The notes below the pieces were generated by a model, which made no database searches, had not been told where the DNA came from, and saw only the letters and a list, made by a program, of their open reading frames with translations. 64,000 nucleotides of DNA from an uncultured Verrucomicrobiae bacterium (lineage in GTDB: Bacteria > Verrucomicrobiota > Verrucomicrobiia > Chthoniobacterales > JAFAMB01), in the NCBI GenBank assembly GCA_963775805.1, contig CAVZKG010000002.1:454693-518692 (forward strand), written 5' to 3'. Within the stretch, counting starts at the first letter, position 1; each line of letters begins with the position of its first letter. Shown here piece after piece: positions 54,497 to 64,000 of the stretch. Made by a program: the position numbers and the translations under genes.

Positions 54497-55548
54497 TGAA
54501 GCTGTTCAGGAACGAGCTGCACTATCTTCTTAATTTTTTCGACCTCGTGCTTGTGACAGACAAGGATCGCGTCGCTTGTTTCGACCACCACCAAATCGCT
54601 TACGCCGAGGAGTGCCACATGGGTTTTGGATGCCGAATAAACGATGTTGCTTGTGGCGCTTTCCAGCGTGACAGGGCAATTGGCGGCATTGTCTGCCGGC
54701 AACTGGGTGAGGTATTTCGACAGTGCCGTCCAGCTCCCGACATCATCCCAGTCGAACGTCGCCGGCTTGACCACAACACGGCTCGCCTTCTCCATAATGG
54801 CGTAGTCGATCGACGTCTTACGCAGGTGAGGGAAACGCTCAGCCAGAACCTCTTTCGGATTTGGGGAATTCCGAATGGCTGCGACAAATGTTCCTAAGTC
54901 GGGTGCATGACGATTGAACTCCGACAAAATCGAATTCACCGACCAGACGAATATCCCTGAGTTCCAATAGAAGTTGCCGCTACGTACAAATAAATCCGCA
55001 AGGTCCGGATTGGGCTTCTCGCGAAAGCGGACCACTTGAAATCCGTCACTCTTTTCAAACGCTGCGCCTCGTTCGATGTAGCCGAAGCCGGGGCAAGCCC
55101 AGGTTGGCGTAACCCCGATGGTGATGAGGGCGCCGCTTTTTTGGGCGACATCTGCTGCACTCTTCAAATCCGCCTGAAACGCGGTTTGATTGGCGATGCG
55201 ATGATCGGCAGGCAAAACCACCATCGTTGCCGAGGCATCCCGAGCTGCGATGAGACCGACCCCGAGAGCGATTGCGGCTGCTGTATCGCGTTTCTCCGGC
55301 TCGGCGAGGATGTTCTCTTCCGGATAATCGGGTAACAGGCGTCGAATAGCAGCTTCCTGATCTTGGTTTGTCAGGACGAGGACGTTCTCCTTGGGCACAA
55401 GTCCATCCAGTCTTCGGACGGTTTCTTCGACCAATGAGTGCGAACTGAACAGTCGCAATAACTGCTTCGGAGTCGATTTCCGGCTCAACGGCCAGAACCG
55501 TTCACCGCTTCCTCCTGCCAGAACCAATGTGTAAAAAACATTCGACAT
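54493..55548 (-). CDS. manC: mannose-1-phosphate guanylyltransferase
   Basis: It has the nucleotidyltransferase motif LAGGSGERFWPLSRKSTPKQ in 351 aa. No C-terminal PMI/cupin domain is present. Confidence 0.85.
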   Translation of the reverse strand: MSNVFYTLVLAGGSGERFWPLSRKSTPKQLLRLFSSHSLVEETVRRLDGLVPKENVLVLTNQDQEAAIRRLLPDYPEENILAEPEKRDTAAAIALGVGLIAARDASATMVVLPADHRIANQTAFQADLKSAADVAQKSGALITIGVTPTWACPGFGYIERGAAFEKSDGFQVVRFREKPNPDLADLFVRSGNFYWNSGIFVWSVNSILSEFNRHAPDLGTFVAAIRNSPNPKEVLAERFPHLRKTSIDYAIMEKASRVVVKPATFDWDDVGSWTALSKYLTQLPADNAANCPVTLESATSNIVYSASKTHVALLGVSDLVVVETSDAILVCHKHEVEKIKKIVQLVPEQLQ

Positions 55549-55645
55549 CGCTCAAATATCGCCCAAGATTTTTCTCCGACTGACGAAGAAGCGCGTGAAC
55601 TTATAAATGTTCGCGGCTGACGCCTCAACAGAGTATTACAGGTTT

Positions 55646-55945
55646 ATGTCGAGCGATAACTATAAAACCGTTGTCATTTCGCTCCCGGTCGCGGCTCTGC
55701 TGACCGTTTCCCAAGCGGCGATAGGCTGTGGGATTGGGATACTTTTGGCAGACAAATTTTCGGAGGGGAGACGAAATACCGTCGCAGTAGCGATGCTTTG
55801 CCTGGCGATTGTGACGACTGCCCCTGCAGTTGTTGGCGCTGTAGCGGACCTTGTGAACGGCCCGCAATCGAAGCTTGGCGTGCGCAGAAGGTTGCGCTCG
55901 ATTCGCGAAGGCGCGGGTTTGCAAGCCGAGGAAGAATTGCTTTAG
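55646..55945 (+). CDS. small hypothetical membrane protein
   Basis: The start is the ATG at 55646 (MSSDNYKTVVISLPVAALLTV...). It has two TM helices. No family was recognised. Confidence 0.4.
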   Translation: MSSDNYKTVVISLPVAALLTVSQAAIGCGIGILLADKFSEGRRNTVAVAMLCLAIVTTAPAVVGAVADLVNGPQSKLGVRRRLRSIREGAGLQAEEELL

Positions 55946-56070
55946 CGCAGAAAGGCTTGGCGCCGATCGTGTCCGCATCAGGGAGCACGCCCTTCATACG
56001 CCCTATGGCCCAATGTGCCCACGTGTCGATACGCCGATACGCCGGTCCTACCAACAACTCGACCGGCTTT

Positions 56071-57159
56071 TCACTCCAGAATTCGTGCGCCTTCGGCTGG
56101 CTCCGTCAGAATTGAGGTGCATCTGGCTCCGGTTTTCTGATGATACTGTTCAGAAACCGACTGGATGATTTGCTCCGCCCGTGCCGTGTCGATCAACGAT
56201 ACCGTTGATCCACCGAAACCTCCCCCTGTTAATCTCGACCCGAAGACTCCGGGTGTGTTCCTTGCGATCTCGACAAGCGCATCGAGATGAGAAGTGCTGT
56301 TTTCGAAATTTATCCTGGAACTCTCGTGCGACGCGAACATCAATTCTCCGAACGCCTGCAACTGATTCGCATTCAGCGCCCTGAGTCCTTGGTGAACGCG
56401 CTGATTTTCTCCGATTATATGAAGAGCTCGGCGGCGGGTGATGTCGTCGAGCCGGAATCTGTCGACAAGTTCCGGAGTCGCCTCACGAAGGGATGACAGT
56501 CCCATTTTTTTTGCTGCTAGCGTGCACTGAGTCCGGCGCTCGTTGTATTCGCCGCCGGTCAGCTCGTGCGGGACCCCTGAGTTTAATAGGAGAAGCGAAC
56601 CATAAGGAGGGAGCGAAACGGTTTCGACACTGACCTTCAGAAAATCCAACAGAATGAGGCGGTGCTTTTTTCCAAAGGCAGACGAGGCTTGGTCCAGGAG
56701 TCCAGACTGGACTCCGACAAATTCGTTCTCAGCCTTCTGGCAAAGCTTCGCCATTGGCATCTTCTCAATTTGAAGCGAATAAAGTTCGTTTGCGACCATC
56801 GCTGTCGCGACCTCTAAGGCAGCAGAACTAGAGAGCCCGGCGCCGAGCGGCAAACTGCTGGTAATCGTTAGTTGCATCCCCCCCAGCGAATAACCGGCCT
56901 CAAGCAAGATCTTGATAACTCCGATTGGATAATTGGCCCAGGGATCCTGTTCGAGGGGCTTGAGATGATCCATGTCGACCGCAACACTGCGATGATTGGT
57001 CCGAGAGCTGATCTGCAATATCCGGCTGGCGAGCGGCGATGCCCGAATAGTGACGCCCAAATGAATTGCCGACGAAAGAACGACACCCAGATTGTAATCG
57101 GTGTGGTTACCGAGGATTTCGACCCGCCCGGGAGCAAACGCAGTGACGCCTTTGGCCAT
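56071..57159 (-). CDS. galK: galactokinase (GHMP kinase)
   Basis: It has the galactokinase signature APGRVEILGNHTDYN and the GHMP motif PLGAGLSSSAALEVA. Confidence 0.9.
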   Translation of the reverse strand: MAKGVTAFAPGRVEILGNHTDYNLGVVLSSAIHLGVTIRASPLASRILQISSRTNHRSVAVDMDHLKPLEQDPWANYPIGVIKILLEAGYSLGGMQLTITSSLPLGAGLSSSAALEVATAMVANELYSLQIEKMPMAKLCQKAENEFVGVQSGLLDQASSAFGKKHRLILLDFLKVSVETVSLPPYGSLLLLNSGVPHELTGGEYNERRTQCTLAAKKMGLSSLREATPELVDRFRLDDITRRRALHIIGENQRVHQGLRALNANQLQAFGELMFASHESSRINFENSTSHLDALVEIARNTPGVFGSRLTGGGFGGSTVSLIDTARAEQIIQSVSEQYHQKTGARCTSILTEPAEGARILE

Positions 57160-57270
57160 TCTTTCAGTCTTAGTCTGGACGCGAAAATCTCACAAGCGCT
57201 TTGGCTATTGATATTTTCGTGTTAAACTCGTCGTTGACACGTTACGGGCTTCGGAGTTTGATCCGTCTTC

Positions 57271-57795
57271 ATGAAATGTCTGCTCACAGGGGCGTTTCTG
57301 GCTATGGTTGCCGCCAGCGCGCTAGTCAGAGCCGAAATTCCTCTACCGATCGAAAAAGCGGACATATTGCCATTGGCGATCAGTGACGACTTCGAGTTTC
57401 GAAAATTCGAAATTTTTCGTAACGCAGTGGCGGTCCCCGGTGCAACACCGATTCCGACGAAGGATCTGATGGTTGATTTTGAGCGCAAACACAGACTTTG
57501 GGGAGCAATTGATGCCGCGGATGCATCCGCACATACCGGCCAATTTTTCGACTTTTTTTGGCGCGCAAAGCGGCCTGCAAATCTCACGATCCGTCTCGAG
57601 TACAGGCAAGCCAACCTTAAGAACTACGTGCAGGCACGTGAGATCAGCTACGCGAATGTTAAGGGGAATCATGAGTCGGAGTTTGCGATTGTCGGCAACG
57701 ACTATGAAACCGATGGACCGATTACATCTTGGCGCGCGATTTTGATCGAGGACCGAAAAATTGTGGCACTGCTCCAATCCAGGACTTGGCGTTGA
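57271..57795 (+). CDS. secreted hypothetical protein
   Basis: It has a signal peptide MKCLLTGAFLAMVAASALVRA in 174 aa. No family was recognised. Confidence 0.5.
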   Translation: MKCLLTGAFLAMVAASALVRAEIPLPIEKADILPLAISDDFEFRKFEIFRNAVAVPGATPIPTKDLMVDFERKHRLWGAIDAADASAHTGQFFDFFWRAKRPANLTIRLEYRQANLKNYVQAREISYANVKGNHESEFAIVGNDYETDGPITSWRAILIEDRKIVALLQSRTWR

Positions 57796-57816
57796 TAGGA
57801 GATGAAAGTCTTGAGT

Positions 57817-57846
57817 TTGACACTTAAACTGCAGGGAAGATATATT
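57817..57846 (+). promoter_or_regulatory. candidate sigma70 promoter of the STAS-PP2C-grpE-dnaJ-rsmE operon
   Basis: TTGACA (57817-57822), 18 nt, TATATT (57841-57846). The GTG start at 57858 lies only 12 nt downstream, so either the leader is very short or the true start is further in. Confidence 0.4.
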
Positions 57847-57857
57847 TAGGGCGTTTC

Positions 57858-58370
57858 GTGAATTCAATATCTTCTATCTTGGTTGGGGTAGTAAGCGGAT
57901 GGGTCCATGTGAAGGTGGATGGGAAAGGGTCGTTTCAGAACAGCCCGGGACTGAAGGAATTTTCCAAGCAGATGCTTGAGCGCGGCTTTCGGCACTTTGT
58001 CGTCGACCTCCAAAGCTGTCCTGTAATGGACTCTACATTTATGGGGACATTGGCCGGGATAGCATTGCGTCTCCGGGAATATAACGACGGGTCGCTGCTG
58101 GTACGAAATGCGAACGAGCGCAATAACGACCTCCTTCGTAACTTAGGATTGAACAACCTGTTCGATGTTGAGTCACAAGCGCCGGAAGTGACAGACGACA
58201 TGGTCGATGCGAAACCGCTGGCAGCCGCTGAGGCTGTCCGGCGCAAAGATCAGGCAGAGTGCATGATCGAAGCGCACGAGGCTTTAGTGGATGCAGATCC
58301 GGAGAATCTTGCGCGATTCAAAGACGTTCTAGAGTATTTGAAACAGGATCTTCGCGCCGGCTCCAAATAG
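57858..58370 (+). CDS. STAS domain protein (anti-sigma-factor antagonist-like)
   Basis: WVHVKVDGKGSF...FVVDLQSCPVMDSTFMGTLAGIALRL...LLVRNANERNNDLLRNLGLNNLFDV shows the STAS/SpoIIAA pattern. The position of the phosphorylatable residue is MDST. Confidence 0.7.
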   Translation: MNSISSILVGVVSGWVHVKVDGKGSFQNSPGLKEFSKQMLERGFRHFVVDLQSCPVMDSTFMGTLAGIALRLREYNDGSLLVRNANERNNDLLRNLGLNNLFDVESQAPEVTDDMVDAKPLAAAEAVRRKDQAECMIEAHEALVDADPENLARFKDVLEYLKQDLRAGSK

Positions 58371-58379
58371 TTTTATTCA

Positions 58380-59816
58380 ATGTGGTCCTTTCCGCTCATT
58401 GGACTACTCGTCGCCACATTCCTCATTCTTCTCGGCGTGAATCTCCGGCAGCGCCGGACGATCGACGCGCTTAAGCGAGCTCGCGAGGAGTTACAGGTCG
58501 AAGAGGACAGAGTATTCGATTTCCTCCATGGGCTCGGCGAAGCGTTCTCAGACGATTTGCGGCCTTCCGATCTCCACAGGCTGATCGTCGAGGGTGCTAC
58601 CCGGATTACCGACGCGCATGGCGGCTCGCTTTATCTGGTGGATCGCTCAGGTAAAATGCTTGTCCCGAGCTTTGTTTCTAAAGACTGTCCGCCTTTGGTC
58701 GAAGTGCCGTTGCAAATCTCGCAACAAAGTTTGAGCGCTCCGCAAGCAATGCAGAATTATATTCGTCTTCACACGGTGAAACCTGGAGAAGGGTTGCTCG
58801 GGGCCGTTTGGGAACGAAAGGAACCACTCTTTCTCTCCAGCAAGGACGCGGATCCGCGCATGGAACGATTACGAGACGCCTCTCTCGAAATCGACTCGGT
58901 CATGATCGCCCCTCTAGTCTACGGGGATCAGAACCTGGGCGTATTGGCTGTCGCTAACGGACCGATGAGCATGCCGTTTTCCCTTTCCGATTTCCTCGTG
59001 TTCCAGTCGATCGTCGAGCAGTCTGCTTTCGCTCTTTACAATGCGGTAGTGTATTCGGAAGCCAGTGAAAAACGCAGAATTGATCGAGACCTGGATGTGG
59101 CGCGAGATATTCAACGGATTCTGCTCCCGAATTCCGCGCCGGCCTTTGAGGGGTTTGAAATTGCAGGGTTGAACATTCCAGCTAGCCGAGTGAGCGGCGA
59201 CTATTATGATTACATCCCGATAGACGATGAGCGACTAGGAATCGCAATTGCAGATGTTTCGGGCAAGGGGGTTGCCGCCTCACTGATTATGGCGATGTGC
59301 CGGAGCGTCTTACGATCGGTCGCCAGCTCCAGCGGCTCAGCCGCCGCGGTACTGCAATCGCTGAATCGACAGCTCTATCCGGATATCCGGGAAGATATGT
59401 TCATCAGTATGGCCTACCTTATTGCCCATAAATCAGGGAATGAACTGGTACTGGCCAGGGCAGGACATGACGCGCCTTTGTTGTACCGGGCAATCGATTC
59501 TTCCGTCACGAAGATCAATCCTCCCGGCATGGCGCTTGGAATTGACAGTGGAAGCGTTTTCAATAGGGTAACCGGCGATTGTCGAGTCCGCCTGGAGGCC
59601 GGTGACTGCTTGATTTTGTACACGGACGGCGTGACCGAAGCGCTAGATGCAAACGGTTTGGAATTTGGAATGGGGAAATTGACCGAGGCCATTCAGGCCA
59701 GCGCGCCAGATGGGGCTCCGGGGATCTTGAACCGGGTCACTGCCGACCTAAAAACCTTCGTCGGCAACTATCCGCAGAACGACGATATTACATTGATTGC
59801 AATCCGGAAATTATGA
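58380..59816 (+). CDS. membrane-anchored GAF-domain PP2C (SpoIIE/RsbU-type) serine phosphatase
   Basis: It has an N-terminal TM helix, a GAF-like region (GGSLYLVD...GLLGAVWERKEPL) and a PPM domain (SGDYYDYIPIDDERLGIAIADVSGKGVAASLIMAM...LYTDGVTEA...NDDITLIAI). Confidence 0.85.
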   Translation: MWSFPLIGLLVATFLILLGVNLRQRRTIDALKRAREELQVEEDRVFDFLHGLGEAFSDDLRPSDLHRLIVEGATRITDAHGGSLYLVDRSGKMLVPSFVSKDCPPLVEVPLQISQQSLSAPQAMQNYIRLHTVKPGEGLLGAVWERKEPLFLSSKDADPRMERLRDASLEIDSVMIAPLVYGDQNLGVLAVANGPMSMPFSLSDFLVFQSIVEQSAFALYNAVVYSEASEKRRIDRDLDVARDIQRILLPNSAPAFEGFEIAGLNIPASRVSGDYYDYIPIDDERLGIAIADVSGKGVAASLIMAMCRSVLRSVASSSGSAAAVLQSLNRQLYPDIREDMFISMAYLIAHKSGNELVLARAGHDAPLLYRAIDSSVTKINPPGMALGIDSGSVFNRVTGDCRVRLEAGDCLILYTDGVTEALDANGLEFGMGKLTEAIQASAPDGAPGILNRVTADLKTFVGNYPQNDDITLIAIRKL

Positions 59817-60478
59817 GTCAGGTGAACGAGAAATATGAACGGGAGCCGGAAGAGGAAACGGCCAGGGATGAGCGAGTGATAACTGCCGGTCCTGCTACCG
59901 AAGAAAAGACTGCCAACGAGAATCGCGAGAAAACAGTCGACGTGAAAGAATCCAAATCAGAGACCAAGGCCGGACGATTGGATGATGTGGGCGATCAACT
60001 GACACAATTGAAAACGGAACTCAACAAGTACAAAGATGTCGCACTGAGGTCCGTCGCCGATCTGGACAATTACCGCAAGCGGATGGCACGCGAAAAAGAT
60101 GATGCGATTCGATACGCGAACGCAGGTTTTCTCGAACGTCTTATCCCAATTTTGGACAATTTTGAGCTCGGTCTCCAGGCGGCTAAGGCGGGAGGAAGCC
60201 AATCCGCTGTCCTGGATGGAATGAGCATGGTTTCCAAACAGCTTCAGGATTTTTTGACTAGCTGTGGTGTCGAAACAATCGATGCCACGGGGTTGCATTT
60301 TGATCCGAATTTTCATGAAGCGATTGCTCAGGAGTGGAACGAAGAGGTTCCTGAAGGGTTTGTCGTTCGCCAACTCCGAAAAGGGTACCGGCTCAAGGAC
60401 CGATTGATTCGGCCTGCAAATGTGGTGGTCTCAAAGGGCGCTCCTGTCGGAGAGAATTCCGCAACGGCAGGACGCTAA
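59813..60478 (+). CDS. grpE: nucleotide exchange factor GrpE
   Basis: It has ALRSVADLDNYRKRMAREKDD and a C-terminal beta domain (GYRLKDRLIRPANVVV). The start overlaps the phosphatase stop (ATGA). Confidence 0.9.
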   Translation: MSQVNEKYEREPEEETARDERVITAGPATEEKTANENREKTVDVKESKSETKAGRLDDVGDQLTQLKTELNKYKDVALRSVADLDNYRKRMAREKDDAIRYANAGFLERLIPILDNFELGLQAAKAGGSQSAVLDGMSMVSKQLQDFLTSCGVETIDATGLHFDPNFHEAIAQEWNEEVPEGFVVRQLRKGYRLKDRLIRPANVVVSKGAPVGENSATAGR

Positions 60479-60481
60479 CGA

Positions 60482-61630
60482 ATGGCTACGAAAAGAGACT
60501 ATTACGAGGTTCTGGGAGTCGATCGAAACGCAAGCACGGACGACATCAAAAAGTCTTATCGCAAACTCGCCGTAAAATACCACCCGGACAAGAACCCCGG
60601 GGATTCGACCGCGGAAGAGAAGTTCAAAGAACTCGGCGAGGCGTACGAAGCGCTGATCGACGACAATAAACGAGCCGCGTACGATCGTTACGGACACGCG
60701 GCTTTTGGAGCAGGCGGGGGTGCCGCACGCGGAGCGGCCGGATTCCATGATCCGTTCGATATCTTTCGCGAAGTGTTTGGAGGCGGACAAGAGGGAGGTG
60801 GGGGGATCTTTGACCAGATTTTCGGAGCCACAGCTCCTCGAGATCGGAATGGCCGGCAACGCGGGTCCGATCTTCGTTATGATCTCCAGATCACGTTGGA
60901 GGAAGCGGCATTTGGCACCGAAAAAGAGATTGAAATTCTAAAGCACGAGTCTTGCGCGCGGTGCAATGGCTCAGGAGCAGAATCAGGGTCTCGCGCAACC
61001 TCTTGCCCGACCTGCCAGGGGCGCGGTCAAGTCATTACATCGCGAGGATTCTTCCAGGTCTCACAAACCTGCCCGCGCTGCCGTGGGACTGGCCAGGTGA
61101 TCGAACATCCTTGCCGGGATTGCGGTGGGGATGGCCGCGTTGAGAAAAGGGCCAGGATTAAGTTAAAGATTCCTGCCGGGATCGATGATGGCGCGCGCCT
61201 GCGATCTTCTCGCAATGGTGAAGCAGGTATTCGGGGAGGTCCACCTGGCGATCTTTATGTCGTGATGCACGTTCGCGAGCATGAAATTTTCACCCGCGAA
61301 GAGGACGATCTTTATTGCGAAGTGCCGATCTCATTTTCAACAGCAGCCCTTGGCGGTGAAGCCAAAGTTCCGACGCTGCAAGGCCAGGCACTCCTCAAAA
61401 TTCCGGCCGGTACACAGAGCGGGACACAGTTTCGTTTGCGTGGTCACGGCGTGCAGAACATGGAGTCACGGAACCGCGGCGACTTGCGCGTCCGAGTCAT
61501 TGTCGAAGTACCGACCCGGTTGAATTCGGATCAACGCCGGAGATTGGAGGAATTTGCTTCTTCCTGTGGCGATGAAAACAGCCCGATGCACAAGACGTTC
61601 TTTGATAAAGCCAAAGAGTTTTTCCGCTGA
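60482..61630 (+). CDS. dnaJ: molecular chaperone DnaJ
   Basis: It has a J domain ([33 protein letters not shown]), a G/F region and four CxxCxGxG zinc motifs. Confidence 0.95.
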   Translation: MATKRDYYEVLGVDRNASTDDIKKSYRKLAVKYHPDKNPGDSTAEEKFKELGEAYEALIDDNKRAAYDRYGHAAFGAGGGAARGAAGFHDPFDIFREVFGGGQEGGGGIFDQIFGATAPRDRNGRQRGSDLRYDLQITLEEAAFGTEKEIEILKHESCARCNGSGAESGSRATSCPTCQGRGQVITSRGFFQVSQTCPRCRGTGQVIEHPCRDCGGDGRVEKRARIKLKIPAGIDDGARLRSSRNGEAGIRGGPPGDLYVVMHVREHEIFTREEDDLYCEVPISFSTAALGGEAKVPTLQGQALLKIPAGTQSGTQFRLRGHGVQNMESRNRGDLRVRVIVEVPTRLNSDQRRRLEEFASSCGDENSPMHKTFFDKAKEFFR

Positions 61631-61638
61631 TCGGTCAC

Positions 61639-62400
61639 GTGAGCACGCATCGGTTCTATATCCCTCCGGAACGCTGGAGCGTCGATCGTCTAATGCTCGA
61701 GAATGCAGAAGCGCATCACTGTGTTGATGTGCTCCGGCTTGAGCCGGGAATGCGTGTCGTGGTCTTTAATGGACGCGGAACGGATATCACTGCCGAGATC
61801 ACGGCGATCGAGGACGAAAGAGTTTCTCTGAAGGGCCTGATCACCAATAAGTCGGAACCACTGACTTGTTCGATCACGCTTGGCCAGGCGATTCCCAAAG
61901 GGAAGAACATGGATCTGATCGTCCAGAAGGCGACGGAACTTGGTGTCGGAAAAATTGTCCCGTTATTATCGGAACGGACGGTTGTGCAGGTCGATAAGGA
62001 GGATGCAGACAGGAAAAGAGAGAAATGGAAGCAGGTCGTGATCGAAGCGGCCAAACAATCGGGACAAAACTGGATCCCGGAGGTGGCGGCTCCGGTCGCA
62101 CCCAAACAATTTTTTTTGAAGTTCGAGGAAACTGAACTTCCGCTCATCGCTTCGCTCCAGCGTGATGCACGCAGTCTCAAGAAGGTACTTGCCGAGTTCC
62201 GTGATCAACACGGGCATCGGCCGCGTTCGGCACTGATTCTGATCGGGCCGGAGGGCGATTTCACGCCGGCTGAAATTGGTTGGGCAAAAAGTGCAGGTTG
62301 CATTCCCGTGAGTCTGGGACCCACTGTCCTTCGAACGGAGACCGCGGCGATCTTTACCTTGAGCGTGCTGGCTTACGAGTTGCAAGGTCAGGAAGGCTAA
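61639..62400 (+). CDS. rsmE: 16S rRNA (uracil1498-N3)-methyltransferase RsmE
   Basis: It has a GTG start. The sequence RFYIPPE...HHCVDVLRL..G....VFNGRG... and the C-terminal LIGPEGDFTPAEI...GPTVLRTETAA (SPOUT knot) fit the family. Confidence 0.9.
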   Translation: MSTHRFYIPPERWSVDRLMLENAEAHHCVDVLRLEPGMRVVVFNGRGTDITAEITAIEDERVSLKGLITNKSEPLTCSITLGQAIPKGKNMDLIVQKATELGVGKIVPLLSERTVVQVDKEDADRKREKWKQVVIEAAKQSGQNWIPEVAAPVAPKQFFLKFEETELPLIASLQRDARSLKKVLAEFRDQHGHRPRSALILIGPEGDFTPAEIGWAKSAGCIPVSLGPTVLRTETAAIFTLSVLAYELQGQEG

Positions 62401-62519
62401 CAGCTGCTAACAAACAGCGGCGATAGGCGAATGACTTGGAGCGCCGATCTTCCTCGCTTAAAACACTCTTTCAAGACGATATTCAACAAATCCAAGAGAG
62501 CGGACTTACCTGATTTTCC

Positions 62520-63653
62520 TTGCCAACAATTCTCTTCCTACGCATTGTTCGAGTCGTGATCCGCTCCGGGTGGGTTTGCGTTGCGGTTTGGCTCCTGTTT
62601 GTAAGTCGAGCAATCGCGTTTGATTGGACGCTCGTAAAGTTCGACGGGCGGGACTACGTACCGATCGAAGATATCGCGAAGTTTTATAGTTTCACACAAG
62701 CCAGCTATTCCGGCGATTCGATCGCTCTCCAAGGTGCAACGTTGCGGATGATTGGCGGAGTCAATTCTCGCGAGCTCTATCTGAACGGACTTAAATTCAT
62801 CCTTAGCTTTCCCATCGTGAGCGTCAATAACCGGATTCTCATGTCGCGTATGGATCTTAGCAAACTGGTGGAGCCGGTCTTGAGGCCTGCCAGGATGGAT
62901 GCAAAACCGGTTCGCACAGTGGTTCTGGATGCGGGCCATGGTGGTTATGATCAGGGCGCGACAAGCATGCTCGGGAACGAGAAAGATTTTGCGATGGACG
63001 TGGTTGAGCGCGCGCGCGACTTGCTCATACGGGCCGGATTTAATGTGCGTCTAACTCGCACCGGCGATGTGTTCATACCGCTCGAGGACCGGGCGGCATT
63101 CGCGAACCGGCAATCAAATGCCGTCTTTGTGAGCGTGCATTTTAATGCGGGAGGACGCGAAGAGGCTGGAGGGATCGAAACCTACAGCCTTGCTCCGCGC
63201 GGAGTTCCGTCCACAAACAGTTTGAATCTCACTCTCTCGGATTTTGAGCCCTGCTCCGGCAACATCCGGGATCCTGAAAACATTGCGCTGGCAACGGCGA
63301 TGCATGCTGCGCTGATCACGCGCGTGGGTGCCAGCGATCGTGGAATCAAGCGCGCCCGTTTTGCCGTTCTGCGCAATACGAGCATCCCCGCCGTTCTCAT
63401 TGAAGGGGGCTTTTTGACAAATCCCCAAGACCGGCTTCGAATTGCGACGCCTCTTTACCGGCAATTGCTGGCACAGTCGATTTTGCAAGGTGTGCTATCG
63501 TACAACCGCGCGCTTAACCGCGCCGGCTCATCGGACAAAATGATGGTCAAGCGAACAGAATCGTCAGAACCGGCAACGGCTGATCCAGGTGCGTCCATCT
63601 GGGATCCGATGAAGCCGAATGCTTACACCTTGCCGGAAGATGGACGAAAGTGA
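62520..63653 (+). CDS. N-acetylmuramoyl-L-alanine amidase (Amidase_3, AmiC-like, with an N-terminal AMIN-like domain)
   Basis: It has VVLDAGHGGYDQGA, VSVHFNAG and ETYSLAP/VLIEGGFLTNP catalytic-domain motifs. The start is uncertain (TTG 62520). Confidence 0.85.
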   Translation: MPTILFLRIVRVVIRSGWVCVAVWLLFVSRAIAFDWTLVKFDGRDYVPIEDIAKFYSFTQASYSGDSIALQGATLRMIGGVNSRELYLNGLKFILSFPIVSVNNRILMSRMDLSKLVEPVLRPARMDAKPVRTVVLDAGHGGYDQGATSMLGNEKDFAMDVVERARDLLIRAGFNVRLTRTGDVFIPLEDRAAFANRQSNAVFVSVHFNAGGREEAGGIETYSLAPRGVPSTNSLNLTLSDFEPCSGNIRDPENIALATAMHAALITRVGASDRGIKRARFAVLRNTSIPAVLIEGGFLTNPQDRLRIATPLYRQLLAQSILQGVLSYNRALNRAGSSDKMMVKRTESSEPATADPGASIWDPMKPNAYTLPEDGRK

Positions 63654-64000
63654 ATTAGACCTCCGGCCGATCGGAGTTTTCGATTCGGGTATCGGTGGTT
63701 TGACAGTCGTTCGAGCATTGCGCGATCTGTTGCCGCACGAAGACATCTTCTACATAGGCGACAACGCCCGTTTGCCGTACGGCGGCAAAAGCAAATCCAC
63801 GATCGAACGCTACAGTGTTGAAATCAGCGGTCTACTGCTCGCGGAAAACGCGAAGATGATTGTGGTCGCATGCAACACTTCCTCCTCTTTGGCAATCTCC
63901 AGATTACGCGAAATCCTGAAGGTACCCGTTGTTGGAGTGATTGCTCCCGGCGCTCGAGCGGCGGTGAAGAAGACCCGAAATGGGCATATCGGGGTCATCG
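63640..64000 (+). CDS. murI: glutamate racemase, 5' part (runs off the window)
   Basis: The start is the ATG at 63640 (MDESELDLRPIGVFDSGIGGLTVVRAL...YIGDNARLPYG...IVVACNTSS). It overlaps the amidase stop by 14 nt. It is absent from the ORF track because no stop is visible. Confidence 0.85.
   Translation, partial: MDESELDLRPIGVFDSGIGGLTVVRALRDLLPHEDIFYIGDNARLPYGGKSKSTIERYSVEISGLLLAENAKMIVVACNTSSSLAISRLREILKVPVVGVIAPGARAAVKKTRNGHIGVI

Noticed and set aside
57796-57857. CIRCE-type heat-shock operator upstream of the STAS-PP2C-grpE-dnaJ operon
   Set aside because: Only a short imperfect inverted repeat is present (AGTTT-N7-AAACT, overlapping the putative -35). Nothing resembles TTAGCACTC-N9-GAGTGCTAA.

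Overview
The window is a 64-kb chromosomal segment from a moderately GC-rich Gram-negative environmental bacterium. PEP-CTERM/exosortase genes, a Psp system and abundant intergenic REP-like repeats give it a Verrucomicrobiota/PVC-like flavour. That placement is inference from gene content only. The housekeeping backbone comprises ligA, pyrH-frr, an archaeal-type LeuC/LeuD dehydratase pair, two glycosyltransferases, GlcD/GlcF-like oxidase, truA-ruvX-manC, galK, grpE-dnaJ-rsmE, a cell-wall amidase and the 5' part of murI. Two tRNAs are present, Arg-CCT and Ala-GGC. There is no rRNA and no CRISPR. The accessory or unusual content is as follows. (1) A RAYT-type Y1 transposase sits in a dense field of REP-like repeats (842-4225). 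(2) A 3.1-kb islet is bounded by a perfect 45-bp duplication of the 3' half of tRNA-Arg. It carries merR, a canonical MerR operator, merT, merP, a GDCCVxC protein and an unassigned Cys-rich 206-aa protein. It has no merA and no integrase. (3) A seven-gene sugar-utilisation operon has its genes chained by ATGA start/stop overlaps. (4) pspF lies divergent from pspABC, with a sigma54 promoter. (5) A compact module comprises a TPR protein, a PEY-variant PEP-CTERM substrate and an exosortase-EpsI fusion, next to a Cys-rich secreted protein with a (PT)10 linker. (6) A lysine-catabolism-like cluster (LysDH-like, ALDH7-like) includes an unassigned 479-aa protein. (7) A STAS plus GAF-PP2C partner-switching pair is translationally coupled to grpE-dnaJ. 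Family assignments come from motifs read by eye and from memory of the families. None was verified by a search.
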